Source: Trypanosoma brucei
Lineage: Eukaryota
Reading direction: 5' to 3'
Length of the DNA: 64,000 bases
Assembly: GCA_000002445.1 (NCBI GenBank)
Contig: CH464491.1
Span: 2,528,001 to 2,592,000 of the forward strand
Made by a program: the position numbers and the translations under genes. Position 1 is the stretch's first letter. Each line of letters opens with the position of its first letter. Shown here piece by piece: positions 32,254 to 43,300 of the stretch. The notes under the pieces are model-generated. The model ran no database searches, was not told the origin of the DNA, and saw nothing but the letters and a program-made list of their open reading frames with translations.

Positions 32254-33282
32254 TTATATGCCTTCGGGTGTCCAGAGGGGAATTGCACCGGGTGTTGAGC
32301 TGTACTTGTCGTCAAAGCGGTGCAGTTTCACAAGGCCATCAAACGCTCCGCTAGCGAACCCACGACCGTCGGGGAAAAAACAGACGGAGTTGATCGTACC
32401 GAAGTGGCACCGCACCTGTCCAAGTTGCTTCTCATGCACCTTATGGTAAAACTTCACCTCGAATGTTGTCTGCCCACCCTGTGTTGTCACATCCTGCGCA
32501 TCCATGCCACCACCTATGATAACATGATCGCCGCGTGGCGAAATTGAAGCATCGTTCACCGGTACATCACTGGTATAGGTCTGGACAACGGACAGATCAC
32601 GTGAATCTAGCAGGCGAGCCGTCTTGTCCTTCGAAGCGGTGATGAGAGTGTAATAGTTAGAATCGAAGGATATGCGGTTGATCGTCTCCTCATGTGGTTT
32701 GTGTGTGCAAACAGTGCTCATTGTCTCCACGTCCAGGATGGCAACTGAGCCGTCGCTCGTCGAGTAATAAATCGTGTCATTTGTGGGACCCCAGATGGCA
32801 AAAGTAACGTCATCGTTTTCAGACACAAACTCTGTGCACGGATTAAACACCGTGTTCACCGGGTGTATACTGTAGCCATCCTTGGGAGGTAAGAAAGGCA
32901 AATTATACAACTGCACTGCGGACTTCTGGCCCATTTTCCGCGAAGTACTTACCATCAACAGATTGTCGTCGTGGGAAAAACCAACCGCACGGGCTGGAGT
33001 CCGAAGCATAATGTTTGCGAGTTCCTCACCGGTTTCAACGCACCACAACTTTGCCTTGAAGTCCATTCCACCAGTTACAAGGAGGGTAGAATAGTTGTTC
33101 ACATCGCATGCCGAGATAGCGCTGTGTCCATCGTATGTGCCTAATCGCTCCCCAGTCTTTGTATACCAAACACTCACATTTGGCTCTTTTGCCGTTGAAA
33201 ACAGCAGATCCCCCTCTCGGTTGAATTTAATCATTGTTACGGGCTTCATGTGCCCGTGCAGAGCCATGCCTTGAATGTTCAT
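32254..33282 (-). CDS. eukaryotic translation initiation factor 3 subunit I (eIF3i, WD40 repeat protein)
   Basis: MNIQGMALHGHMKPVTMIKFNREGDLLFSTAKEPNVSVWYTKTGERLGTYDGH matches the eIF3i/TRIP-1 N-terminus. WD repeats run throughout and the length is about 340 aa. Confidence 0.75.
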   Translation of the reverse strand: MNIQGMALHGHMKPVTMIKFNREGDLLFSTAKEPNVSVWYTKTGERLGTYDGHSAISACDVNNYSTLLVTGGMDFKAKLWCVETGEELANIMLRTPARAVGFSHDDNLLMVSTSRKMGQKSAVQLYNLPFLPPKDGYSIHPVNTVFNPCTEFVSENDDVTFAIWGPTNDTIYYSTSDGSVAILDVETMSTVCTHKPHEETINRISFDSNYYTLITASKDKTARLLDSRDLSVVQTYTSDVPVNDASISPRGDHVIIGGGMDAQDVTTQGGQTTFEVKFYHKVHEKQLGQVRCHFGTINSVCFFPDGRGFASGAFDGLVKLHRFDDKYSSTPGAIPLWTPEGI

Positions 33283-33767
33283 GGCCCCTGCGTTACGTTT
33301 AATATCGGATTTAACACCTTCTCAACAGATAATGGGCACTAGCGTATATGGGAAGTTGCAGCCTCCCACACGCACTAAATTTTTTTTGCTACCGTCAGTT
33401 CAGACCTTTTTCCTTCCCGCTTACAAGTTGTAACACCACACCTACACCTTCTCTTACACTCCCACTCGTATCACTGTGCTGAAAAAAAAAAAGAAGAGTG
33501 CGGATGGTGGTTTTCCCCACATGAGAGCATCCCATAGGTACTGTTAAACAGCCAAAGAATTGTGGCAAACAAGTACAATTTGGCTCGCGATTTTTTTTTC
33601 TCATTTTCTTCAAATGATATCACCTACACAGATAAAATTTTACAGGAATTCCAACCCCCACCAAATAAAATAGCTCAACAGCAACACCCCCACAAACAGG
33701 TAAATATATATATATACATATGTGTGCACACACACACACATATATATACGGAGAAAAGGGCACCGCC

Positions 33768-36113
33768 TCACCAACCCAAACCCTTAAGAAATCCCTTTAC
33801 CTCACGTAGATAGTCCTGTGTAGTTTGGCATGACGCTTTGCCGGAAGCTCCCATCCCAATATCGCTTTTGGCAGCCGATGTCCCCACCGGTTTCGCCATT
33901 TGGTCGTGAATGCTTTTCATACCGGTGTGAATTAGCTGCACTAACTGGTTCGTAAGGGTTTCTTCGGGATCTTGAAGCTCTCGTTCAGCAGCCAACCGCA
34001 TGTCAAGCCGCCTTTGTTCGCTTCGCTGTTCCTCTAGTACCTCACGTATGCGCTGTGACAACTCCTCCTTAAGACCTTTAAGGCTCTCACGCGTCAATTG
34101 ATGGTTACGTTCCACCAACTCTGCCGTGGAAGTTTCGTGATTCTCCAGTCGCACTACAAGAGCTTCAAGGAACCGCTGTTCCTTTGCCTTCCACTCCCCC
34201 ATTTCCCATCTGTCGCTGTTTAACGGCTCCACCATCTTTTCCTCAAAGACATCCCCGACGCCACTCTCACTGCCCCCATTACTCGTATGCGGTCCCGACT
34301 CGAGTTCATCGGCGTCGTCACGCTGAGGCGACGATTGCAGCGACGCCGTGCCAACCGCAACATCATGTTTCACAGGCGCTAGCGGGGCTGTCTGAAGGCC
34401 ACCTAATGGGTTAAACGGGAGTGTAATGTACAAAGGCACCCCGTACCACTGCTGCTCTTGGCCACCTGGGGACGAAAATAACAGGGGTTGAAAACGAGGA
34501 GCTGGGCCCTGTGGAATCAAATCAGGTATCACTTGATTTTGCGTTTTCTCGCTTGCTGGGGGATGGACGGTGGACGGTGTGCCGCCGGGACAACGCTTGC
34601 AACTGCTGGGTTTCGTTGACATCGCTGCTGAAACATGAGCGGTTGAACTACGCGTGTAGACATTGTGCACCGCAAGAGATCGCTCCTTGTCCGGCAGTAT
34701 AGAAGAAAGGGAGCTGCGCCCCGTTTCAGGGGCGCTTCCCTCAATTACTACAGCGGAACTTATTGACATTTGTCTTGTAGTTCTCGACAGGGGAGCCGCT
34801 GCAGCTATCTGCTCTGCTCCCGTCACCACCGTACCAGCCGACAAACTCTGGCCTCGGGACGATGCTTGCGATTTCGGTATTGGTGAAGTAGAAATGGTGG
34901 GTCGATCAAACGCCGGCGAAGGTGGCCCTTTAGGAACGAGACGCGTACCACCGTGGGAAGCAGGACTACCAGTTCTACACTGCCGAATGCCAGTTATACG
35001 TGTGAGAAGCAGCTGCTCTGGACAGCTGCAAAGGCAAGCGAAGCCTTCCTCAGCTCCATAAGAGGTATTGGACGTTATTAGATTCTTGGAAAGATCCAAC
35101 GACTCGATACCACTTCCCCCAAGAGTCCCCTGTTGCAGGAACTCCACTAACCCCGCCGTTGTTACAGCATTCCGGCTCATATCAACCACACGTAGTGAAA
35201 TATCATGTGTTATGGCGATGGCAAGTCGCTTCAAGGTTGGGTCCCCCAAACGATTACCTGACAGGTCAAGCGCCTCAAGAGCCCTCGGAACAGGAGCGTT
35301 TACAGTGCGGGAGCCACTATTACCGTTGCGAAATGAAGATAACCACATTGCTTGCTGCTCCCTACTGCGATTCAGGGTTATCAGCGAGTGCAAACCGCGC
35401 GCACTTTCATCTGTAAGACCACATTCGGAAAAATATGCCTCCTTCAAGGCGGGAAACGCGGAAGCCATCGCCGCAGTTGTCAACTGAAGAAAAAGTCTGT
35501 CCGTTAAGGTGGAATGACTTAGCTTAAGGACGCGGAGAGAGCAGCAATGAGGAAGAAGATCGAATAATCGGCTCGTCACTTCCACAATCGCACTGCCGCC
35601 ACTGAGCGGTAGACCGCACAACTCAAGACGCGTAAGGTGCCGAATTGCAGCAATACAGGCCATGCGTACACCATCTAACAGACCCCGCAGCAGATGACGA
35701 TTTACCGGAGACATTATATCGTCCTCAGTACGCCGCCGGGCGGCAAGTGTCTCGTACGGCAGCAGCCTTTTTGACTGCTGAGGTGGATGGTGTTCTCCCT
35801 TATTTACACCGTATCGCAACACCAACGCGTGAAGCCGCAATCCCCCTTTCCGGGGGCGGCTGCGCAACAACGTTACAGCAAGGAGACGAATGGCCATAAC
35901 TGGGGCAAAGTCGATATCAGCAACAATTTCACTATTTCCCGCATGCTCAATAAAGGCATAGTACGGTTCCACGCGACGCTGAGAGCACTGCTCCAGGTAT
36001 TCGCGCACAACAGACAGCATTACCTTGCAATGCCCTAAGTAAACAAAGGATGCAAACGACATTGAAATATTTAAAGAAAAACAGGTGAAAAGCCAGCCAT
36101 CGGGGAGGTACAC
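33768..36113 (-). CDS. leucine-rich-repeat (RNI-like) protein with a C-terminal coiled coil, hypothetical
   Basis: The N-terminal half has LxxLxLxxN-type repeats (LDLSGNRLGD, LDLSKNLIT). A Ser/Pro-rich linker and an acidic coiled-coil tail follow. Confidence 0.55.
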   Translation of the reverse strand: MYLPDGWLFTCFSLNISMSFASFVYLGHCKVMLSVVREYLEQCSQRRVEPYYAFIEHAGNSEIVADIDFAPVMAIRLLAVTLLRSRPRKGGLRLHALVLRYGVNKGEHHPPQQSKRLLPYETLAARRRTEDDIMSPVNRHLLRGLLDGVRMACIAAIRHLTRLELCGLPLSGGSAIVEVTSRLFDLLPHCCSLRVLKLSHSTLTDRLFLQLTTAAMASAFPALKEAYFSECGLTDESARGLHSLITLNRSREQQAMWLSSFRNGNSGSRTVNAPVPRALEALDLSGNRLGDPTLKRLAIAITHDISLRVVDMSRNAVTTAGLVEFLQQGTLGGSGIESLDLSKNLITSNTSYGAEEGFACLCSCPEQLLLTRITGIRQCRTGSPASHGGTRLVPKGPPSPAFDRPTISTSPIPKSQASSRGQSLSAGTVVTGAEQIAAAAPLSRTTRQMSISSAVVIEGSAPETGRSSLSSILPDKERSLAVHNVYTRSSTAHVSAAMSTKPSSCKRCPGGTPSTVHPPASEKTQNQVIPDLIPQGPAPRFQPLLFSSPGGQEQQWYGVPLYITLPFNPLGGLQTAPLAPVKHDVAVGTASLQSSPQRDDADELESGPHTSNGGSESGVGDVFEEKMVEPLNSDRWEMGEWKAKEQRFLEALVVRLENHETSTAELVERNHQLTRESLKGLKEELSQRIREVLEEQRSEQRRLDMRLAAERELQDPEETLTNQLVQLIHTGMKSIHDQMAKPVGTSAAKSDIGMGASGKASCQTTQDYLREVKGFLKGLGW

Positions 36114-37486
36114 TATTTCCCGTATCAGTGAATGAGGTGTTAAACGAACGATAAAAGAGTGCGACAGACAGAAAACGATAGCGGAATAGCACTACTAATA
36201 ACAGCGGGAAGTGGGAACGGGAACACGGCAACCAAACACCTTTAACGCAATGATGCCAGGGTATAACACACACATGGAGACACGCACCAACACAGCTGTG
36301 AGTATTTTCTGCATGGCACAGAGCGGACGCAACGGTGGTAAGCACTAAATTAAAAAATTACGAATTCTCGTGGCCTTTCCATCATGAAAGGAGAGAGCAG
36401 AACCCCAGTCATGTTCCTTTTTTTAACCACTCAAGCAAAGGTAAAAGATAAAGAAAAAAGAGGAACGAATGGAGAAAATGGAACCCTGTCACAAGCACCA
36501 CCAGACAACCCAAATCTTGCGAATTCTTACATCACGACAAACGATAAATATTCATAATTGCCGTGTCTGATAGAGCCGCTACCAACAGCACCGGTACCTT
36601 TGTGTTGCGGCCAATTGCTACTGTGACTTTCCTAGTACTTGATTGGAGACACGCCACTCCTTTGGCAAGAAACAAAAGAAGAAAAGTGTCCCGATATCCG
36701 ACGCAGGCGAAACAAAAGAAAACAGTGTAGGCACACATGTGCTTACGCACGGAAAGGGGGTGAAGGGTTGACGAAAATTTTAAAAAACTGAATGATGCGA
36801 TCACTTGAAGGAAGATGGTACGCTCTTCTCTCACGTCGTCACCGTAGAGAGTAGGAAAAAGGTAGGTGAACAGGCCTACAGGTTGGGTTTGAAATGGCTT
36901 CATGAGAGACCCACATTTCGGCCGTTTCAAAGTTAATCAAACATAGAAGTGAATATTTATACAAGAATAAGCGTGCAACTAGTGGGGGGCAAAAGGAGAG
37001 AATGAAGACGTGTCACGCACTATTGCAAGATAGCAATCCTCACCCTTTCCCCTCCGGTACGGAAGTCCACAGGTGTCAAGGTCGCCTTAACACCTTTGCC
37101 CCCTAACATTTCATTGCACAAGTGAAATGGCGAGTGTACATTATTGTTTCCCTCCTCCATCACATTGCTGTCACCGCGCCCACATTTCTCTTTAGCCTCC
37201 AGAGTTTATTTGAAGCTTCCACTACCACCACTCAATTATTCCCATCCCCAGCCTCCACATCTTTCACTCACGTTGCTCTGGTGGCCACTCCTCCCCGCTT
37301 ATTCTCCATCTGCCATCGACCCCCTACAACGTGCTCTCATACGTAAGAAACACTTGCAAATGACGCACATGGTCCCCTCCGCATACGAGAACCGAAACTA
37401 ACGCACACATATACACGCAACTAATTACATGCGGAAGAAGCAAATGTTTGTGGTTGGTCTGCAGGATATCAGTGCTTATACCACTG

Positions 37487-38206
37487 TCACGACAGTAGTT
37501 CCCTCTCTAGTGCTCGTAGTGCCTCCTCCTCTTCGTCCACAGCTTTGTTTGGATGCTGCGGAAGGGCATTTTGGGGGACACCTGGCATGCTCGGCAACAA
37601 TGCCGCGGGCGCCATTGTCGCTGTTGTGGTTTGCGATATCCCAACATCATTCATCTCTTCCGTCAGCTCAGCCAACAATTCGTCTTCATCCACTACTTGA
37701 GCGTCCAAGGGCTGACGGAGAGCTTCCGATACCGCGTTGACTTTATCCATCTCCTCCAACAGTTCGTCCATAGTATTGTCCACACCATCAGCATCCATCT
37801 TCTTGTTAACCAACTTCAGTTCGTCCTTCGCCCGTTTCTGCGCAGCCAACACCTCCATGTTCATGGTCTGGTTCTGTAACGTGAATATGAGCGTGTCAAG
37901 ATTTTGCTTTTGACAAGCGATTTTTGTGAGTTCATCCTCAGCCATTTTTTTGCGTTTCATGCACTGCAGAGCCATAGATTTGTTTTTCTTTGAGTAAAAC
38001 TCTCTTGCCTTTGCAAGCTCATCCTCCACCTTCTTCGTCAAGACGCCCTCACGCTTTTCCAGAAGCTCAAGCTTCGACTGCAACTCCTCCAAACTAGAAT
38101 TTGGCCTCCCCGGGGACACCCCAGGGCGTGGGGCCTCTTGACTTGACTTAAAACCAAATAACCGGCCAAACATCGGCAAGTTATCACTCACCCGATTGGC
38201 AAACAA
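37487..38206 (-). CDS. Snf7/CHMP-family ESCRT-III protein (Vps32-like)
   Basis: MFGRLFGFK... is followed by basic helices and then an acidic C-terminal half (MDELLEEMDKVNAVSEAL...DEDELLAELTEEM), which is typical Snf7 charge polarity. The true start is probably the second Met (MFGRLFG) near 38173. Confidence 0.65.
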   Translation of the reverse strand: MFANRVSDNLPMFGRLFGFKSSQEAPRPGVSPGRPNSSLEELQSKLELLEKREGVLTKKVEDELAKAREFYSKKNKSMALQCMKRKKMAEDELTKIACQKQNLDTLIFTLQNQTMNMEVLAAQKRAKDELKLVNKKMDADGVDNTMDELLEEMDKVNAVSEALRQPLDAQVVDEDELLAELTEEMNDVGISQTTTATMAPAALLPSMPGVPQNALPQHPNKAVDEEEEALRALERELLS

Positions 38207-38644
38207 GAGCGCACACTAAGCTGTTATCAACTCCACCGAGTTACCGTGTGCGGGTTCAATTGGGATAGAACAGACAAGTAAAGTCATTTGTAAAAGAGAG
38301 AGGGGGGAAACAAGGGTATACAGTGAAACAGTACATGGTGGCGTAGCAGCAGAGTGCTCACGCGCACAATACAAAGTTTTTAAAACGAAAACCAAAACTC
38401 ATCTGGCAAAATCGGTGCGAAGGGTGTAAGTGTGGCCCATTCATGTCTTTGTTAATATTGTGTGACTTCCTACTTTGGAGCAAAGACATTACCTTCTTCA
38501 AGCTGTTGGCGGGGTGTCATTAGGAATAACGTTAACCTTAAAAGTGACAAGTCACTCGCACCAATAATTCTTAAACAACATATTATAAGAAATACACCCG
38601 ATTATCAAACCTCAGCAAGTGACACAACTCTCCACACACACACG

Positions 38645-40576
38645 TCACGTTGCGGCTGCCTGCGCGGGAAACTCTGCCAAAACACTGGCCCATTCACGCG
38701 GACGCAGCGGCCGGCACATCTCCGCGACAATGTCAGCAACTTTTTCCTTTGGGATGCGTACCTGTTGGGCTGAGTCGCGCTCCCGCAGGGTAACACAACC
38801 GTCATTCTCCATGTCACATGTCACACAGAATGGCACACCGAGCTCATCAACACGCGCGTACTTCTTCCCTATTGAGGCACCACTATCATCCGTGCGCGTG
38901 GAGATGCCGTGCAGCAACATACGCTCCTTGATTTCTTCCACAGTTCGTATCAACTCCGGCTTCATAAGCAGTGGAAATACAGCCACCTTCTGAGGGGCGA
39001 TAAGGGGCCGCAGGCCGAACACGGCACGCTTTTCGTTCTTAGCGCTTTCATCTCTACGCACCCAGTAGCTTTGCTCTAACAACGCGTACAGAATGCGTCC
39101 CACACCAAACGATGGCTCAATGACACTGGGGATAAAGCTCCGCCCAGTTACCTTAACGTCCTTGTACTCAAACTGCACCATATTTGAAGTAATGGAGGCC
39201 GTAAAGCCACGGTCCGTCGTAATATCCACACTCCCTCCGCCACTGAGCTTCTTGCTAAGCTCCACGCACACGTCGTCCGGGGCAGTGTTCAGGTATTCCA
39301 TCACATCTCCGGCATTCTTCCCAAAAGCTTTGCCAATGGCACCTTTCTGAAGCTTGCGCTGCAGCTGCCGTTCGGTACGGGGTTCAGCAAATTCCTCTCT
39401 TGCACATAAATCTTTCTTTGTGGCACCACTGTGCTGAGTGAGATCGTAGGCCGAACGGTCCGCAACGCCAACACACTCTACCCAACCATACGATGTTAAC
39501 AACTCCGCATCCCAGCAGTCCTGGGCGTAGTGTGCCATCTCATTGCGAAGGTGTTGTCTGAAACGTACGTATCGCGCGCCCACTGCCTCCAAAAACTGAG
39601 CAGTCCGCGCAATGAAGTACGCCAATGTTTCGTTATCGATGATTTTCTGTGCAACAGCATCACCCACGGTTGTTTGTACCGGTTCTTGGTTTAGCTCTTG
39701 CTGTTTACGTGCCCACATCCAAATCTCAACATCTTTTACCAAGGCAAACTTCTCATGAGTTTTGTCGTTGGGGTTCACAAAGTGCTCAATCTCCGCCAGT
39801 GTAAACTCGCGCACACGGATGAGATTTGCGCGCGGTGCTATTTCGTTTCGGAACGCTGTACCTATGCTGGCGCAAGCGAATGGCATTCTCTGCGCATTTC
39901 CGGTGTCAAGGAGTCGTTTAAAGTTAAGGATTATTCCTTGTGCGAGCTCCGGGCGCATGTACCCGACGCGGTCACCTTCAGGGCCAATGCTCGTGGAGAA
40001 CATCAGATTGAACGGAAAGGGATCACTCAGGGCGTTGCCTTTTGGTGATTTGAGTTGTAGTTCCTTAATTGAAGCACGTATTTCCTCAGTTGACATGGCC
40101 CCTGCACCAATGCGCAGTCTCTCCAGTTGATCCCGCTGCTCCGATGACAGCTGGGAATCACGCAGCTGTGTCTCACAGTATTCCTCGAGGAATTTGTCCG
40201 CGCGGATGCACTCCCCCGTCACCGTGTCACGCACCATCACGTCATTGAAGCGAGTCACATGACCTGAAGTCACAAAAACCTCTTGCGGTGTCAGGCAGGT
40301 GGTATCCACTTCACACATGCTCTCCGCCAGTACAAAATGCTGGCGCCAGTGGGCAAGCAAATTCGCCTTCATGGCACAGAGCGGTGGTCCCATGTCGTAT
40401 AGCCCTGCGGATCCGCCATATGGGTCAAAAGCCAAACCAAAGAAGAAACGACGACGGCATGTGTCCTCAAACTCCGAACGCACTAGACTCTCAAGCTTGG
40501 AGGGCAGCCCGGTGCTCATGAGGTAATTGCGCAAACACTTCGACGTTGCAGATAGTGTGTTTTCCCTATTATTCAC
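38645..40576 (-). CDS. glycyl-tRNA synthetase (eukaryotic class II)
   Basis: FFGLAFDPYGGSAGLYDMGPPL...FRNEIAPR...EFTLAEIEHF shows class II motifs 1-3 and a GlyRS-specific insertion. A C-terminal anticodon-binding domain is present. Confidence 0.85.
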   Translation of the reverse strand: MNNRENTLSATSKCLRNYLMSTGLPSKLESLVRSEFEDTCRRRFFFGLAFDPYGGSAGLYDMGPPLCAMKANLLAHWRQHFVLAESMCEVDTTCLTPQEVFVTSGHVTRFNDVMVRDTVTGECIRADKFLEEYCETQLRDSQLSSEQRDQLERLRIGAGAMSTEEIRASIKELQLKSPKGNALSDPFPFNLMFSTSIGPEGDRVGYMRPELAQGIILNFKRLLDTGNAQRMPFACASIGTAFRNEIAPRANLIRVREFTLAEIEHFVNPNDKTHEKFALVKDVEIWMWARKQQELNQEPVQTTVGDAVAQKIIDNETLAYFIARTAQFLEAVGARYVRFRQHLRNEMAHYAQDCWDAELLTSYGWVECVGVADRSAYDLTQHSGATKKDLCAREEFAEPRTERQLQRKLQKGAIGKAFGKNAGDVMEYLNTAPDDVCVELSKKLSGGGSVDITTDRGFTASITSNMVQFEYKDVKVTGRSFIPSVIEPSFGVGRILYALLEQSYWVRRDESAKNEKRAVFGLRPLIAPQKVAVFPLLMKPELIRTVEEIKERMLLHGISTRTDDSGASIGKKYARVDELGVPFCVTCDMENDGCVTLRERDSAQQVRIPKEKVADIVAEMCRPLRPREWASVLAEFPAQAAAT

Positions 40577-41580
40577 TTACTTGATGTGAAACAGAGCACC
40601 TTATGCAGCTCTTATAGAATTTAAAAAACTTTTACGCGTGACTGCAGGAGTAGAAGTTCAATTGGGGGAAAAGATTAAAGTGCACATGGCAAACAAAGTG
40701 AAGAACGAAAAACCGGAGAGTGGGACACCGGGCGCAGAAGTGCAATCAAGCAAATGGGAAATGTGAATTGAGCCTTGCACCTCGCAAGACGCTTACTTAT
40801 ATGCACCCATCAACAAACATATAGTTTGAAACTACACCGGCCACCTCCACTTCACCCTATAAACTTCCGTTTCCAGAATCATTTCTTTTTTTTTTTCGAC
40901 TTATCTACAAACGCTCTATGGATACGAACCACACGACACTCACCGATGCCTTTTTGTGAGTTTGCTGGAACTCTCACAAACCTCAATTACCGTGATGTTT
41001 CACCGTTTTCGAAAAATTGGTTAAACTCACCGTCGCGACCTTTTGAAAACAAATTTAAAAAAAAAAGTCAAATCGGAGATGATAACAAATGCAACGCCAC
41101 CGCAATCAGCGGTCTGCCCGTACCCCTCAAGACGGCGTTGCAATTCCACCGTGTTGTGACGCCAGGACATAACCAACAAGCCGTTGCATGAGAAAGGGAA
41201 TGAGCCAAACAAGCAGCATTCACATTGCCGTCTTGTTCACATCATCATCACCGCAATCCCCCTCCCTATTCTTTTCCTCATCGCGCAGGGAAATGTAACA
41301 TAACGTGTACATTCAAAAAAAAAAAAAAAACGTCACAAAAACAGCCCGCATGGGAGGTAAAATCGAGATAACCCCAACAGGATTCACATCTAAGAATCTC
41401 ACATGCGGCATATAAGCTGCATGAAAAGTGATACTTTTCACAAAAGGATGAAATTGGAAAGCAAACAGTTAGCGTGCACCGCCGGCACCGATCGTGTACT
41501 GGGGCTGCTGAGCCACAAAAAAAAAATGAAAATAGAGTTGGCACACGTAGATGGAGATAATGCAAATGAAGGAATCCAAA

Positions 41581-43170
41581 TCAAGAAAAGTTCTTCCTCA
41601 ACTGCCTCACACATTCTAGCACGTTCGCATCGAAGTTGTCCAGTTCTTGCTGCTCTGTAGCAAAACGTTGCATCCTTTCCTCCATTTGATCCTCAAATGA
41701 GACAAAACTACGTAATTTCGACTGTGTACGCCCGACATCTTCAAGCATACGTTGCACATGCGCATCCTCCTCCAGAAACGCCTGCAGCTCCTGAGCCCGC
41801 TCTTTCGAGTGAGATAAATACTCGCCCTTAGCAGCATCCCTTCTCTGTCTCACTCGGGTAAGCGCATCCTCAAGTATCCGCCGTCGTTCAAGGCAGGCAT
41901 GCAGTTCCTTTTCGATGTCTCTCCTCATGGAAGAACCAATTGAGGCCCCAGAATTTCTCGAGGCTTCCCGACATTTTAATTCCTCTAATTTCTGCTCGAT
42001 ATCCCCTTTGCTTTTTCTTACCCATTCGATATTTTCGCGTATCTGAACCAGTCGCCCCTGTTGCTGATGAAGCACGCTATCCAACAGAGACAAACCAGAA
42101 GGCCAAACACCACTCACTCCCTGCAGAATGCTCCTCTCCACACCGCTCAAGCTGTTCGTAACATTACCAGCGGGGCTGGCACTTGTCCCACAATACAAGG
42201 TTAACATTGGGCAATCCGTCAGCACCGTTACTTCACCCACACAACTGAACAGCGCCCGCAAACCAGCAGCAGCCGCCTTCACGGGGGCGCTAAAAGCGAA
42301 GTGAGAACTGCTCTCCCCATTTAAGAGGGCAGCCACAACGGCGTCGGGAAAGACAATAGAAAAATGGCCAAGGGACCCACCACTTGTTGCGTAGATTTCG
42401 CCATCAACGGAACCAGCATTACCCGTAAGTGTACTTCGCCACTGCAGGAGCGGAAGTACCACCCGGTCCCCAGTGTTGTTCCGTAATAGCTCCGATTTTA
42501 TGGAAGAAGAGGTACCGCGGCCGCAGCAGACACAGGAGCCACCGTCCCATTCGTCTCGGCCGTTGACTGAGAGTTTTACGTAGGCTAAGGATGGTTGCAA
42601 CGAGCTTGGTTCAATCGCGATACGCGTAGCTCGGAGCGTCAGGGTGAACAGTCTCTGCATTCCCACACGAAACGACACCTCTCCTTTACTGTTGGAACCA
42701 TGACGCATATGCAGTGTCATTACGGAGTCCTTTGCACATGCCGCCACCAGGTCGTGCATCTGAGCAAGGCACACGCCAATAAGTTCGTTCACGCCACTTC
42801 CACTACGGCCGTAACACTCGAGAACTAATTGCGCCGCTTTCGCTGCAGCAAACCGATGACGGACTGGCCACGATAACACAGAACTGGGCCCTGAGTCAAA
42901 TGTAGTGAAGCAGCAGCGCGAATTTCCGCGGAGAAAGTAGGGAGGTCCATATTGCGCGGTATCGACATAACGGGCTGCGAACCCCCATGCATACACTAAG
43001 AAACAATCCTCAGGAGTGTCTGTACCTGAGGGCATAACCCCCTGCTTTCTGGCGGTGCCACACTGAAGATAGGAGTCCGCAAGGAGAAAGAAATTGAAGG
43101 GAGAGGGTATGAACAGAACGCAACAAAGAAGACCAAAGGAAAGGGGGAAATGGGGGAAAAACAACAACAA
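41581..43170 (-). CDS. conserved hypothetical protein of 529 aa with a C-terminal coiled coil
   Basis: A long PTU-strand ORF. No family recognised. Confidence 0.5.
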   Translation of the reverse strand: MLLFFPHFPLSFGLLCCVLFIPSPFNFFLLADSYLQCGTARKQGVMPSGTDTPEDCFLVYAWGFAARYVDTAQYGPPYFLRGNSRCCFTTFDSGPSSVLSWPVRHRFAAAKAAQLVLECYGRSGSGVNELIGVCLAQMHDLVAACAKDSVMTLHMRHGSNSKGEVSFRVGMQRLFTLTLRATRIAIEPSSLQPSLAYVKLSVNGRDEWDGGSCVCCGRGTSSSIKSELLRNNTGDRVVLPLLQWRSTLTGNAGSVDGEIYATSGGSLGHFSIVFPDAVVAALLNGESSSHFAFSAPVKAAAAGLRALFSCVGEVTVLTDCPMLTLYCGTSASPAGNVTNSLSGVERSILQGVSGVWPSGLSLLDSVLHQQQGRLVQIRENIEWVRKSKGDIEQKLEELKCREASRNSGASIGSSMRRDIEKELHACLERRRILEDALTRVRQRRDAAKGEYLSHSKERAQELQAFLEEDAHVQRMLEDVGRTQSKLRSFVSFEDQMEERMQRFATEQQELDNFDANVLECVRQLRKNFS

Positions 43171-43300
43171 TGAAGCATACTGGAGCTTTCTTTCTTAAAC
43201 GCGGACACGATGTCGCTTCCCCCGCGCGGTTGCTGCGCTAATTTCCGCTTCGTTCCAGGTATATCGCCCCTACTCGTTTAAAAAATATCTATTGCACACA

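Noticed and set aside
36532-36930. 132-aa minus-strand ORF in the 1.4 kb gap between the LRR gene and Snf7
   Set aside because: The composition is hydrophobic and low-complexity with no homology. It is more likely UTR sequence. It is left unannotated, though a small TM protein cannot be excluded.
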